Shown: piece by piece, positions 9,792-19,135 of the stretch
Layout of the letters: each line of letters begins with the position of its first letter
Numbering within the stretch: the stretch's first letter is position 1
DNA from: Leptospira sp.
Lineage (GTDB): Bacteria > Spirochaetota > Leptospiria > Leptospirales > Leptospiraceae
Length of the DNA: 64,000 bases
Assembly (NCBI GenBank): GCA_034439575.1
Contig: JAWXAQ010000016.1
Span: 64,001-128,000 of the forward strand
Reading direction: 5' to 3'
Notes under the pieces: generated by a model
Told to the model about the DNA's origin: nothing
Database searches by the model: none
What the model saw: the letters and a program-made list of their open reading frames with translations, nothing else
Translations under genes and position numbers: made by a program

Positions 9792-10208
9792 ATGAAAGCA
9801 ATTAAAGAGATTATTGAAACAAACGGTGGGATGGGATATTTAAAAAACCATCCGTCGATTAAAATTCAGAACAGTGTATATATGGATTTGATCATAGAAT
9901 ACATTGGTGATGATGAGAGAGGAAATCCTCTTATTTCTGTAGCACATTATTATGTGCAGAATGGCGATCTAATGTCAGATCCAGAAATAGTATTTTCCGT
10001 AGACATCGATTGGAACTTTACTCCTATTTCTATAACTCAATCGGCTTTCGGAAGATACCATGAAGTGTATTTTGTCCGAGATGGAAAGTATTACAAGAAT
10101 CTAGTTTTATACAAGGAACTGGTCGGATTCTCAAAAATATGGAATAAGAATATTGTTGAGCAAGGATTTGTCAAAGTCTTCAAAAAGCTAAAGGCGATTG
10201 CGTGTTAG
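9792..10208 (+). CDS. DUF6908-like protein
   Basis: YMDLIIE...ISVAHYYVQNGDLMSDPEIVF...W..NI..QGF. Confidence 0.7.
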   Translation: MKAIKEIIETNGGMGYLKNHPSIKIQNSVYMDLIIEYIGDDERGNPLISVAHYYVQNGDLMSDPEIVFSVDIDWNFTPISITQSAFGRYHEVYFVRDGKYYKNLVLYKELVGFSKIWNKNIVEQGFVKVFKKLKAIAC

Positions 10209-10435
10209 CGAATGATTTACAATCACCAGATAATCTTTCTGGTGATTCCTTGGAAGATATTCACTATCAATTGAAATTAATAAAGCTAATGTTGCTTAGT
10301 GGAGAGATTGACTATGAACGTGCAAAAGAAAAGGCAAAGCCTTACATCGAAATTCTTAATGCAAAAGCGAACATTATTGCTCGTAAGTACGGAAAACAAT
10401 TTTATCCAATTAGCTTTTTAGGATTCATGAGATGA
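10202..10435 (+). CDS. Small helical hypothetical protein
   Basis: Coupled ORF. Confidence 0.6.
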   Translation: MLANDLQSPDNLSGDSLEDIHYQLKLIKLMLLSGEIDYERAKEKAKPYIEILNAKANIIARKYGKQFYPISFLGFMR

Positions 10436-10812
10436 AGATTTATACAAGCTACTTCGGATTTGTTAAGAAACTCCCAGAGACAATTATTCCGATATCAATT
10501 TCGAGATATGCGAGATTTTGGAAAGGAAGAGAGTATAAGAATTTGGCTCCCGATCCAGCAATTATGAATTATTCTGAAGAAAGATACTCAGAAAGATTTA
10601 ACGCATATCTAGAATCACTAAATATCGAGAGAGTGATAGAAGAATTGCTTATACTTTCTTCAGGGAAAGATTGTGCTCTTTTGTGCTACGAAAAACCAGA
10701 GGACTTCTGTCATAGAAAATTAGTCGCTAGGTGGATTCAAAATAAAAAAGGGATTGAAGTTTCAGAATTCGTTGATCAATCTGATTCGGAGAATCCCGGG
10801 TTATTTAGCTGA
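10432..10812 (+). CDS. DUF488 family protein
   Basis: MKIYTSYF...LAP...LLCYEKPEDFCHR motif. Confidence 0.8.
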   Translation: MKIYTSYFGFVKKLPETIIPISISRYARFWKGREYKNLAPDPAIMNYSEERYSERFNAYLESLNIERVIEELLILSSGKDCALLCYEKPEDFCHRKLVARWIQNKKGIEVSEFVDQSDSENPGLFS

Positions 10813-12107
10813 GTTTTATTGGATCTGTACCACCTGAAGCAAGAGCAATCTTAATAGATTTGTTACAATTTGTCCCCAAATCAGAACATCTTTACGTTGG
10901 ATGTTCTGGGAATTTCACTATAGATAGAATCTTATCCAATCAAGGTTATTCTATTCATTCCAACGATGTTTCTTTATATTCTAAAACGATTTCGGAAATC
11001 GTTCTTGGGAAAAAATCTGAATTCATTTGTATCGATCCAATTTACAAATCAGTTTTTTCAAAATGGAAGGACTCGAAATTCAAATCCATAATTCAGATTA
11101 TGTTCGTGCTAAAAACTTCTGCATTCAGGCCATGCAAAAATGATTATCAAAAATCGATGTGGGAATCTTACCTACAAAAGTCGGATGAGTTTTATGAGAA
11201 GAGCCTCAATAAATTTGAAAAGAATGAAGTTTTTGATTTTAAGATCGATTCATTTCATTACGGAGATTTTCGAGATCACATAAGTGAAGCACGCGGAACC
11301 TCTTTAATTTTTGCACCTACATACAAAGGTGGATATGAAAAAATTTATCAGACGATCGAAGAAGTCTTTGAATATGAAAGGGCTGTTTATTCAATTTTCG
11401 ATAGTAAAGCCGCTGGAAGTATTTATTTAGACATTTTGGAAAAAGGGAAATCCATTATTTATTCTGACATAGATTTTAAGGAATTGAGTACTTATAAAAG
11501 AGGAGTGGTTCAATTTCCAAAGAAGAGGAATATATTCCTTTATTCAAATGTGAGTGATAAAAAGTATTTTTTTACAACTCCAGAATCCAAAAAAGATCTA
11601 AATGCAAAGATAATTCCTTCTGATTTTTCTTTCTCGAATTCCACAAAGATATCCATAGCGAAAGTACAATCTGAATTAATTTTCCACTACAAGCACTTGT
11701 TCATGTCTTCAAGAGTGAATTACTCGGAAAACGAAGACTTCGGAATCGCATTTTTAGCGGACGGAATGATTTTTGGGTTTGCTGGGTTTAATAAATTTAT
11801 GAGTTCGGAAGAAAACTTATTTTTATCTAGCGACTTTGTTTTTCCATCCGGAGAGAAAAGACTATCAAAACTCCTTATCATGCTTCTTCTTTCGAAGGAG
11901 ATTAGGAAGCTATTAATTCGGCACTACATCCATGCTTATCAAGGTCTTAAGACTTCTGTTTATACTGAGCATCCAATTTCTATGAAATACCGCGGCATTT
12001 TTGAATTACTTGATCGGAAAAAGGGGAAACTTGTCTACCAGCAAGAATTCAAAAATGAATATATTAACGAGGTATTTATTAGGTGGTTCAAAACAAAGAG
12101 GAAATAA
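10809..12107 (+). CDS. Dam-like methyltransferase fold fused to a GNAT/Mom-like domain (putative DNA modification or anti-restriction enzyme); probable CTG start
   Basis: YVGCSGNF, HSNDVS and FAPTY in the N-terminal half; FLADGMIFGFAGF...FLSSDF...KRLSKLL in the C-terminal half; frame open from CTG 10809. Confidence 0.65.
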   Translation: MSFIGSVPPEARAILIDLLQFVPKSEHLYVGCSGNFTIDRILSNQGYSIHSNDVSLYSKTISEIVLGKKSEFICIDPIYKSVFSKWKDSKFKSIIQIMFVLKTSAFRPCKNDYQKSMWESYLQKSDEFYEKSLNKFEKNEVFDFKIDSFHYGDFRDHISEARGTSLIFAPTYKGGYEKIYQTIEEVFEYERAVYSIFDSKAAGSIYLDILEKGKSIIYSDIDFKELSTYKRGVVQFPKKRNIFLYSNVSDKKYFFTTPESKKDLNAKIIPSDFSFSNSTKISIAKVQSELIFHYKHLFMSSRVNYSENEDFGIAFLADGMIFGFAGFNKFMSSEENLFLSSDFVFPSGEKRLSKLLIMLLLSKEIRKLLIRHYIHAYQGLKTSVYTEHPISMKYRGIFELLDRKKGKLVYQQEFKNEYINEVFIRWFKTKRK

Positions 12108-12820
12108 GGAAGAAGCTCGAAGAAATAAACGAGATCATTTCTCCCTATAAACTGGCTTGGGTAAATCCCCAAGAGGATTGCGAACTTCTACGCAATAACG
12201 CAAGATACATGACTCCAGACCAAATGGAGAAGCTAGTTCGGAATATTAAAACGGATGGTTTCCTTTCCCAGCTTCCTTTTGCAGTGAAATCGGGTGAAAA
12301 ATTCAGAATAATTTCTGGAAATCACAGAGTAACCGCAGCGATCAAGGCCAGTCTTTTGGGAATCCTTATCCTCTATGTAGATGAGATAGACGCACAAAAG
12401 GAAATCGCGATCCAGTTATCTCACAATTCTATCGTTGGCCAGGATGATATCGGAATTCTAAAACAACTCTATAGCCAGATCCAAGAGATTGATCTTAAAG
12501 CCTATTCAGGTATAGATGAGAAATTACTCCTCAATTATCAAATACCTGAATTAGTTCCTATATCTGAATCAGACATCCAGCTAAATGAAGTAAGACTTTT
12601 TTACTCAGATTTAGATTTAACCAGGTTTGATCAGATACTAGAACGATTAGAAAAATCAATCATCGATGAGAAAAGAGACAGGATCATTTTTGGTGATTTT
12701 ACCAACTTTGTTGAAACTTTAACAAAAGTTAAGAAAAAGATAAATGTAAAAAATCATTCAGTTGCTTTTATTCGAATGCTGGAAATTTGCGAAGACTATT
12801 TAAACGAAAAGGAAGCTTAA
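12083..12820 (+). CDS. ParB/Srx N-terminal domain protein
   Basis: NARYM...LVRNIKTDG...IISGNHRVTAA. Confidence 0.85.
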   Translation: MVQNKEEIRKKLEEINEIISPYKLAWVNPQEDCELLRNNARYMTPDQMEKLVRNIKTDGFLSQLPFAVKSGEKFRIISGNHRVTAAIKASLLGILILYVDEIDAQKEIAIQLSHNSIVGQDDIGILKQLYSQIQEIDLKAYSGIDEKLLLNYQIPELVPISESDIQLNEVRLFYSDLDLTRFDQILERLEKSIIDEKRDRIIFGDFTNFVETLTKVKKKINVKNHSVAFIRMLEICEDYLNEKEA

Positions 12821-13263
12821 TGCGAAACCATGGACGCCCATCCAAACTAACAGAAGATACGAAAAAGAAACTTTTTGCAGCTATTTCCAATGGCCATAGT
12901 TATGAAACTGCATGTGCCCTTAGCGGAATTTCCGAGAGAACATTTTACTTCTGGAAAAAAAAAGCAGAGAATCAAAATGAGAGAGGTGAATTTTTTCAGT
13001 TTATTCAGGAACTAAAAAGCACCGAGGCGATCGCTAAAGTAAAACTACTAAACGATATTCAAAAAGACCCTTCCTGGCAGTCCAAAGCCTGGATACTTGA
13101 AAGACGTTGGTCCAGGGAATGGGGTAAGAAGCAATTAGTGGATCTCCTGAATGAAAAGCTAAAAGATATTGATTTCAATCGTCTCACCGATATTCAGCTG
13201 AACAGGATTCAGAGCGGTGAAGATGTGTTAGATGTTCTTTTGGAGGACTTAAAAGCTAGGTAG
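12820..13263 (+). CDS. HTH-type terminase small subunit-like protein (TerS-1)
   Basis: GRPSKLT...ETACALSGISERTFYFW...WQSKAWILERRW; position before TerL. Confidence 0.65.
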   Translation: MRNHGRPSKLTEDTKKKLFAAISNGHSYETACALSGISERTFYFWKKKAENQNERGEFFQFIQELKSTEAIAKVKLLNDIQKDPSWQSKAWILERRWSREWGKKQLVDLLNEKLKDIDFNRLTDIQLNRIQSGEDVLDVLLEDLKAR

Positions 13264-13269
13264 GTATTT

Positions 13270-13872
13270 ATGAAAAAAAGCTCTAAAACAAAAATTAATG
13301 ATAAGCAAAAACTCTTTATTCAGAGCTTTATTACGGATTTTAACGCTTCGCGTGCTTATCGCGAAGTTTATGGAGTAAAGAACGAAAGAACGGCAGTGGC
13401 AGCTAGTTCCAGATTGTTGACAAATGTTGACATTGTTCAATATAAGAACGAACTCCTTAAGCAAATCTTGGATTCGAAAATTGAGGATTTGAGGTATAGA
13501 ATTCAAAACGAATTAGTGGTAAGATCTTTTATCAGAGTAAATGATGTAATGAATAAGGAAGGGGAATTTGATCTTGAGAAAATAAAGAATCTCCCATTAG
13601 GAATGGTTAAGAAAATCACGATCATCAAGGAATTCACAAAGGACGGTAGCCCGATAATGAATCACCATCTTGAATTAGGTGATAATCATAAGCCTCTCGA
13701 ACTTTTAGGAAAAACCGTTGGATCTTTTGACAAAATAAATCAATCGGATGTGTTACAATTCTTAAAGGATATTGATCTGACAAAACTTTCAGAAGACCAG
13801 TTACTGCGTATCAGTAATGGTGAGAATCCGCTAGAGGTACTCTTTGGCCATTACCGCCGTATTACCGCTTGA
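13270..13872 (+). CDS. terS: Terminase small subunit (TerS-2)
   Basis: KQKLFIQSFITDFNASRAY...AASSRLLTNV...KPLELLGK. Confidence 0.85.
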   Translation: MKKSSKTKINDKQKLFIQSFITDFNASRAYREVYGVKNERTAVAASSRLLTNVDIVQYKNELLKQILDSKIEDLRYRIQNELVVRSFIRVNDVMNKEGEFDLEKIKNLPLGMVKKITIIKEFTKDGSPIMNHHLELGDNHKPLELLGKTVGSFDKINQSDVLQFLKDIDLTKLSEDQLLRISNGENPLEVLFGHYRRITA

Positions 13873-15280
13873 GCTAAGAGTTAAGATCGCTCGTGAAATC
13901 AAATCACGAGAGGACGATTCTGAGAAGCAAGAGATTCTATCTTTCAAGGAGTTTATTCGTAAGTTTATACCGCATTTTAAATTTTACTGGCACACTGAAG
14001 TAATCATTCAGCGCCTTCAGGATGTTGCAGATGGAAAGATCAATCGTTTGATGATCTTTCTGCCTCCGAGACATTCCAAATCGGAACTTGTTTCAAGAAT
14101 TTTCCCAGCATACATCCAGTATGCTTATAAAAATCGTCATGTTGGCCTCTGTTCGTATTCTGCGGACTTAGCAACTGGTTTTGGATGGGATGCCCGAGAG
14201 AACTATAAAAGAACCGGTGGAAGGCTTTTAAAAGAAGCTTCGAAGAAATGGAAAGCCTGGCATGGCGGTGAGATGTGGTCGGCTGGGGTCGGCGGTCCCA
14301 TTACTGGAAAGGGTTTTCACATTGGAGAAATTGATGATCCGATCAAGAATGCTCAGGATGCTCAATCAGAGACCATAAGAACAAAGCATATTCAATGGTA
14401 TCAATCCACTTTTTATTCCAGAGCAGAACCAGGTGAAGCTATCATACTTTGTATGACGAGGTGGCATGAAGGGGACCTTGCCGGTTGGCTTCTTGATCAA
14501 GAAAAAATCGGTGATGAGGAATCTGAGCGATGGCACATCATTCATTATGAAGCCATAAAGACATCCAAAGCATATAAATATCCAGATAGCTGCACCGTTG
14601 AACCAGACCCACGTAAAACAGGCGATGCCCTATGTCCTGAAAGATATCCAGTAAGTAGGCTTAAACGTATCGAAAAGCGAATCGGTTCATACTATTGGAA
14701 TGCACTTTATCAAGGATGGCCAACTTCCTTCGGTGGAAATATTGTTCGAAAAGAATGGATAAGAGAATACACTCATCTTCCTGAAGGAAATCGATTATAC
14801 ATTCAATCTTGGGACCTTACTTTTGATGATACTGTAAATTCAGATTATGTTGTTGGAACAGTTTGGTGCAAGATCGGTGCGAATAAGTATTTAATCGATA
14901 TGTATAGAAAACAGGCCGACATCATCGAAACGATGAGGGCAATAAGAACTTTCAAGAGCATTTATCCAGAAACATCTGCAATTCTTATAGAAAACGCTGC
15001 AAATGGAAAGGCAACTAACAAACTTTTAAAAAATGAAATTGCAGGGATTATTTTACGAGATCCAGCTGGGAGCAAGCCGGATAGATTACGCGCTGCAGCT
15101 CCTCAATTTGAAGCTGGCAATGTATTCTTTCCCAAAAACTCAGCGTTCGTAGATCTTGTCGTACACGAGTTACTTGGCTTCCCAACCGCCAAACATGATG
15201 ACATTGTTGATACGATTTCAATGGGCCTTCTGTATCTTGAAAATCCAGATGTCTTTAAACCGAATTTTGTTTATGTATAA
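13844..15280 (+). CDS. terL: Terminase large subunit
   Basis: PPRHSKSE Walker A, IDDPIK, MTRWHEGDL, QSWD, HDDIVD nuclease motifs. Confidence 0.95.
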   Translation: MAITAVLPLELRVKIAREIKSREDDSEKQEILSFKEFIRKFIPHFKFYWHTEVIIQRLQDVADGKINRLMIFLPPRHSKSELVSRIFPAYIQYAYKNRHVGLCSYSADLATGFGWDARENYKRTGGRLLKEASKKWKAWHGGEMWSAGVGGPITGKGFHIGEIDDPIKNAQDAQSETIRTKHIQWYQSTFYSRAEPGEAIILCMTRWHEGDLAGWLLDQEKIGDEESERWHIIHYEAIKTSKAYKYPDSCTVEPDPRKTGDALCPERYPVSRLKRIEKRIGSYYWNALYQGWPTSFGGNIVRKEWIREYTHLPEGNRLYIQSWDLTFDDTVNSDYVVGTVWCKIGANKYLIDMYRKQADIIETMRAIRTFKSIYPETSAILIENAANGKATNKLLKNEIAGIILRDPAGSKPDRLRAAAPQFEAGNVFFPKNSAFVDLVVHELLGFPTAKHDDIVDTISMGLLYLENPDVFKPNFVYV

Positions 15281-15288
15281 TTTTTTTC

Positions 15289-15317
15289 TTGACTCGGATC
15301 TTTTATGTCTCTAAGTT
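15289..15317 (+). promoter_or_regulatory. Sigma70-like promoter before the portal gene
   Basis: TTGACT-N17-TAAGTT. Confidence 0.4.
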
Positions 15318-15403
15318 TTTCTTGCTAGCTAGTTCGCAAAGGCGATTTAGCTCTGCTTCGCGGGTTCGGCGATAAGGGCACCAACATCAATGTAGGTGAT
15401 AGA

Positions 15404-16879
15404 TTGGCTGGCAACGAACTCGAAATCATAGCAAAACGAAGACATCCAAAACTTGCCAAGAAGCATGCAATTTATGAGCTGATTCTTGATTCGTATAAGG
15501 GTGGTCAGGATTATATTAATAAGAGTTACCTTCCCCAATATCCGAGAGAACGCGAATCAGATTACAAAGCAAGAAAGGCCAGGTCAGTTTATTTTAACGA
15601 TGTCCAACCGATAGCTGACACTATGGCCGGAATGCTTTACGAGACACCTGTTCAAAGAGATAAACTCGAAGGAAAGTATGCTGAGTTTACGTCGAACATT
15701 TCCAAAGGGAAAGGTGTAGATTCGTTCATGCGAACTCTTGCGATCCATAGCCTTTTACGCACCGTTTTTGTTTTGGTGGATTCGCCTTCTTTTGATTCAA
15801 GTCAAGTAGTGACTGAAAAAGATAGGATTGATAAGAAGCTTTCACCTTACGCAGTAATTTATTTTCCAGAACAAATCCGTGATTTTAGTTTAGACGATAA
15901 AGGCGAGTTGCGCTGGATCTTGCTTGACGATTCATACTTAGACAATGAGAACCCTTTATCGGAAGCAGCGAAGAAAACTCAGTATACTCTATGGACTTCC
16001 TCAGAGTTCAAAAAATTTATCATTTCCGATGATGGCAAAGTCTCCGTTCAGGAAGAAGGAACGCATAAAGTAGGAGCCGTTCCAGGATTCCTCTGTTCTT
16101 GGCGAGATCTCGAAGATGATGGCATCGCAGATACTCCATTTGAAGATATTTCCATTCTTGGAAAGAAAATATACGAAACAATTTCTTATATGGATGAGAC
16201 AATTGCTTCAGGAACATTCCAGATATTATTTTATCCAGGTGAACCTCCGAAAGAAGCCTCATCTAAAGGTATCGGAAATCTTTCCATAGTTCCGTTTGAT
16301 CCAGCTAGCTCCAAAGGCCCTTACTTTGATGGACCAGGATTAAGAGAGCTGTTTCCATTCATTCAAGGATTGGAAGTTTATCTAAAGAAAGCACTTTCCA
16401 TAATGGGTCTTGATAAAGACCAAGAGAAATCAAATTCTCAATCTGGTACCGCTAAAAAGTTAGAGTATCGCAAAGCATATGCAATTTTAAATCAGGGTGC
16501 CTCGGTTTTAGAAGAAGCTGAAAAGAAAATATTCAGTCTCTTTGCCAAATGGCAGGGTGATCAAACACCTCCCGAATATAAGGTCTCTTACAATAGAGAC
16601 TTTGATCCAGAATCACTGGATATACAAGTTAAACGCCTAATATCTGTTTATGATACGATTATCATTCCTTCAATCAGGAAGCGAATTACTTTGGAATTGC
16701 TACCCAAACTATTCCCAAATCTTGATGCGAAGGAAATGAAGGCTCTTGAATCTCAAGTGCTTTCTGAAATAGATGTGGGGCAACAGGTCTCTGACTTGTT
16801 AAGTCGCATGGCCACGCGAGACGAGCCAACAAACAACAATACGCCGGCGGGCGACACAACGCAAACAAGCGCAACCTAG
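15404..16879 (+). CDS. Portal protein
   Basis: Follows TerL; YLPQYPRE..DYKARKARS, SGTAK motifs; 491 aa. Confidence 0.85.
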   Translation: MAGNELEIIAKRRHPKLAKKHAIYELILDSYKGGQDYINKSYLPQYPRERESDYKARKARSVYFNDVQPIADTMAGMLYETPVQRDKLEGKYAEFTSNISKGKGVDSFMRTLAIHSLLRTVFVLVDSPSFDSSQVVTEKDRIDKKLSPYAVIYFPEQIRDFSLDDKGELRWILLDDSYLDNENPLSEAAKKTQYTLWTSSEFKKFIISDDGKVSVQEEGTHKVGAVPGFLCSWRDLEDDGIADTPFEDISILGKKIYETISYMDETIASGTFQILFYPGEPPKEASSKGIGNLSIVPFDPASSKGPYFDGPGLRELFPFIQGLEVYLKKALSIMGLDKDQEKSNSQSGTAKKLEYRKAYAILNQGASVLEEAEKKIFSLFAKWQGDQTPPEYKVSYNRDFDPESLDIQVKRLISVYDTIIIPSIRKRITLELLPKLFPNLDAKEMKALESQVLSEIDVGQQVSDLLSRMATRDEPTNNNTPAGDTTQTSAT

Positions 16880-16897
16880 CGATACAGGGAGAATGAT

Positions 16898-17674
16898 ATG
16901 CCAGAAGTGATTTTAGGTACAGGGAAAGAAGGAGAAGAACTCGTTGAATTGAAAGATCCAAAGAGTGATACGGTTTATAAAATTCCGAAGGAATTAAATG
17001 CCGTTATCGGTGCTCAAATTGCAGGAGTCCGAGTAGGAATTGAAAAAACTGCAAAGGAAGAGTATAGTAAAAAACTAGCAGATCTTACTGCAAAGTTGAC
17101 TGAGAAAGAAATCACTCTTCAAGAATTTCAAACCGAGTTAACTACTCTCCAAAATTCCACTTTACCAGAAGCGGCGAGAAAGGAGAAGGAAGCCGAAAAG
17201 AAAATTAAAGATTTTGAAAAGAAAGTAACAGAATCGGAGACTAAAGCTCAGACAAGTTACAATCTATTCAGATCAACCAAGATCGATAATGATCTAATGG
17301 GTGCTTTTTCCGATCCTACTCTGGAAGTCTATTCCCCTTCGCAAGCTTTAGCATTACTTAAAGCATACGGAAGTGTTGATTTAGTTGAGGCTGATGGCAC
17401 TTTCAAAACAATCGTTAAACTCAAAGTCGGCGAAGAATTATTAGAATTAACTCCAAAGGAAGCTGCGGAAAAATTCATTAACCTTCCCGAGAATGTAAAC
17501 CTTAAGAAAAATTCCCTTAGCTCAGGAGCTGGAAGTGGTAGCGGAACTAAAGTTGGGAATGCTACTGTTTTTTCAAATAAAGACTGGGCGGTAAAAATTT
17601 CTTCTGCGAAGCCTGATGAACGTAAGCAATTACTCATGAAGGCATCTCGCGGTGAAATCGTTGTTAAAGATTAA
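16898..17674 (+). CDS. Head scaffolding protein
   Basis: Coiled coil plus SGAGSG linker directly before capsid. Confidence 0.75.
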   Translation: MPEVILGTGKEGEELVELKDPKSDTVYKIPKELNAVIGAQIAGVRVGIEKTAKEEYSKKLADLTAKLTEKEITLQEFQTELTTLQNSTLPEAARKEKEAEKKIKDFEKKVTESETKAQTSYNLFRSTKIDNDLMGAFSDPTLEVYSPSQALALLKAYGSVDLVEADGTFKTIVKLKVGEELLELTPKEAAEKFINLPENVNLKKNSLSSGAGSGSGTKVGNATVFSNKDWAVKISSAKPDERKQLLMKASRGEIVVKD

Positions 17675-17697
17675 ATCATTATAAGGAGGATTTGATC

Positions 17698-18834
17698 ATG
17701 TCCAATACACTTACAGACCTAATGAACACTTTGATTTTACCTGCGGCACTTCCGGTGCTTAGGGAAAACTCAAAGATGGCTGCATTGGTTAATCGCGATT
17801 TAGATATCGCTGCCAAGGAAAAAAACGCAACAATCCGAGTTGCCCTTCCGCAAAACATGGGAACTGCGGATGACATGAACACTTCGACTGGTTCAACGTC
17901 AACGGATCTAGAAGATCCTAAAGTTGATGTTGTTTTAGATAAGTGGAAGTATAAGCAATTCCAAATGAATGACAAAGAGATGAGAGAATCTCTTGCTTCT
18001 GGAATTCTTCCTTCCGCAGCTGAAGCGGCAATCAAATCGATTGCAAATCAAATTGATGCAGACTTGCTGGCATTGTATAAGGATGTTCCTTTTCATGCAG
18101 GTACAGCTGGAACCACACTTTCTTCAGCAGATACGATCATCGCTGCAAGAAAACTTTTGCAGGCAAACAATGTTCCTTTGGGCGATCGAAGACTGGTCAT
18201 TGATGTAGAAGCGGAAGCAGCTCTTCTATCCCTTTTCAAAGACTATGACAAAATCGGCGATACGCTCGCGCTGAATGAAGCTTCACTTGGTCGTAGATTT
18301 GGATTGGATATCTATGCAGATCAACTTGTCCCATCTCATACTAAAGGCACAGTTGCGTTAGCTGCTGCTGCAATTAATGGAGCCGTCGCTGCTGGTGCTC
18401 AGTCTGCAATCTTGGCTTCGACTGGTGCGTCAGCAACGATCAAGAAAGGGGACATTTTTACTGTCGCAGATGTAACAGGCCAATATGTTGTGACTGCGGA
18501 TGTGACAGCTTCTGGTGGTGGTGCAGCTACAATCGCGTTCTATCCGCCTGCTCCAGTTGGTGGCTTCCCTGATACGAAAGTCTTAACTTTCAAAGCGTCT
18601 CACCGCTCGAACCTCATTTTCCATAAAGATGCATTCTGTTTGGCGATGAGAACTTTGCAAGATGAGGCATCAGAATCTTCTACTGTATCATCCGCAGTGG
18701 ATCCTGTTTCTGGAATTCCGCTTCGATTAGAGACATGGAGAGATCCGAAACTTTCTACTAGGTTTTGGAGATTCGATGTTCTTTATGGAGTTAAAACTTT
18801 ACGTCCAGAATTAGCTGGAAGGCTTTTAGGTTAA
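17698..18834 (+). CDS. Major capsid protein (P22 coat-like) with inserted beta domain
   Basis: Strong AAGGAGG RBS; LVNRD, ANQIDADLL, FHKDAF, RFDVLYGVKTLRPE. Confidence 0.9.
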   Translation: MSNTLTDLMNTLILPAALPVLRENSKMAALVNRDLDIAAKEKNATIRVALPQNMGTADDMNTSTGSTSTDLEDPKVDVVLDKWKYKQFQMNDKEMRESLASGILPSAAEAAIKSIANQIDADLLALYKDVPFHAGTAGTTLSSADTIIAARKLLQANNVPLGDRRLVIDVEAEAALLSLFKDYDKIGDTLALNEASLGRRFGLDIYADQLVPSHTKGTVALAAAAINGAVAAGAQSAILASTGASATIKKGDIFTVADVTGQYVVTADVTASGGGAATIAFYPPAPVGGFPDTKVLTFKASHRSNLIFHKDAFCLAMRTLQDEASESSTVSSAVDPVSGIPLRLETWRDPKLSTRFWRFDVLYGVKTLRPELAGRLLG

Positions 18835-18850
18835 TTCCGTGTTTGAAGGA

Positions 18851-19132
18851 ATGATTAAACTCATTAAGACAGAGAATGGCAAGCAAAGCGATTGCTATTG
18901 CCCGCCTGAAAGAGTTGAATACCACTTAACAGAGTTGAGTGGTTATTCACTTCCTGAAGGATCTGTTCTTCCTGAACAAACCAAGCCAGAGGACAAGAAG
19001 GCAAAGAAAGGGAAAGATTCAAAAGGAGCTGACAAGGCTCCTGAAGACTCAATCCCTTCTGGATCCGAGGAATCAGAAACACTTCCTGAAGGATCTGTTC
19101 TTCCTGAACAAACAACAGGAAAGGAAGAATAG
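18851..19132 (+). CDS. Small post-capsid protein with internal repeat
   Basis: LPEGSVLPEQT occurs twice. Confidence 0.65.
   Translation: MIKLIKTENGKQSDCYCPPERVEYHLTELSGYSLPEGSVLPEQTKPEDKKAKKGKDSKGADKAPEDSIPSGSEESETLPEGSVLPEQTTGKEE
18948..19113 (+). repeat. 34-bp perfect direct repeat (18948-18981, 19080-19113)
   Basis: CACTTCCTGAAGGATCTGTTCTTCCTGAACAAAC x2. Confidence 0.9.
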
Positions 19133-19135
19133 ACC

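Noticed and set aside
12787-13263. IS transposase (GRPSKLT HTH)
   Set aside because: No DDE domain or terminal repeats; WQxxAWxLERR and the shared C-terminal motif fit a TerS.
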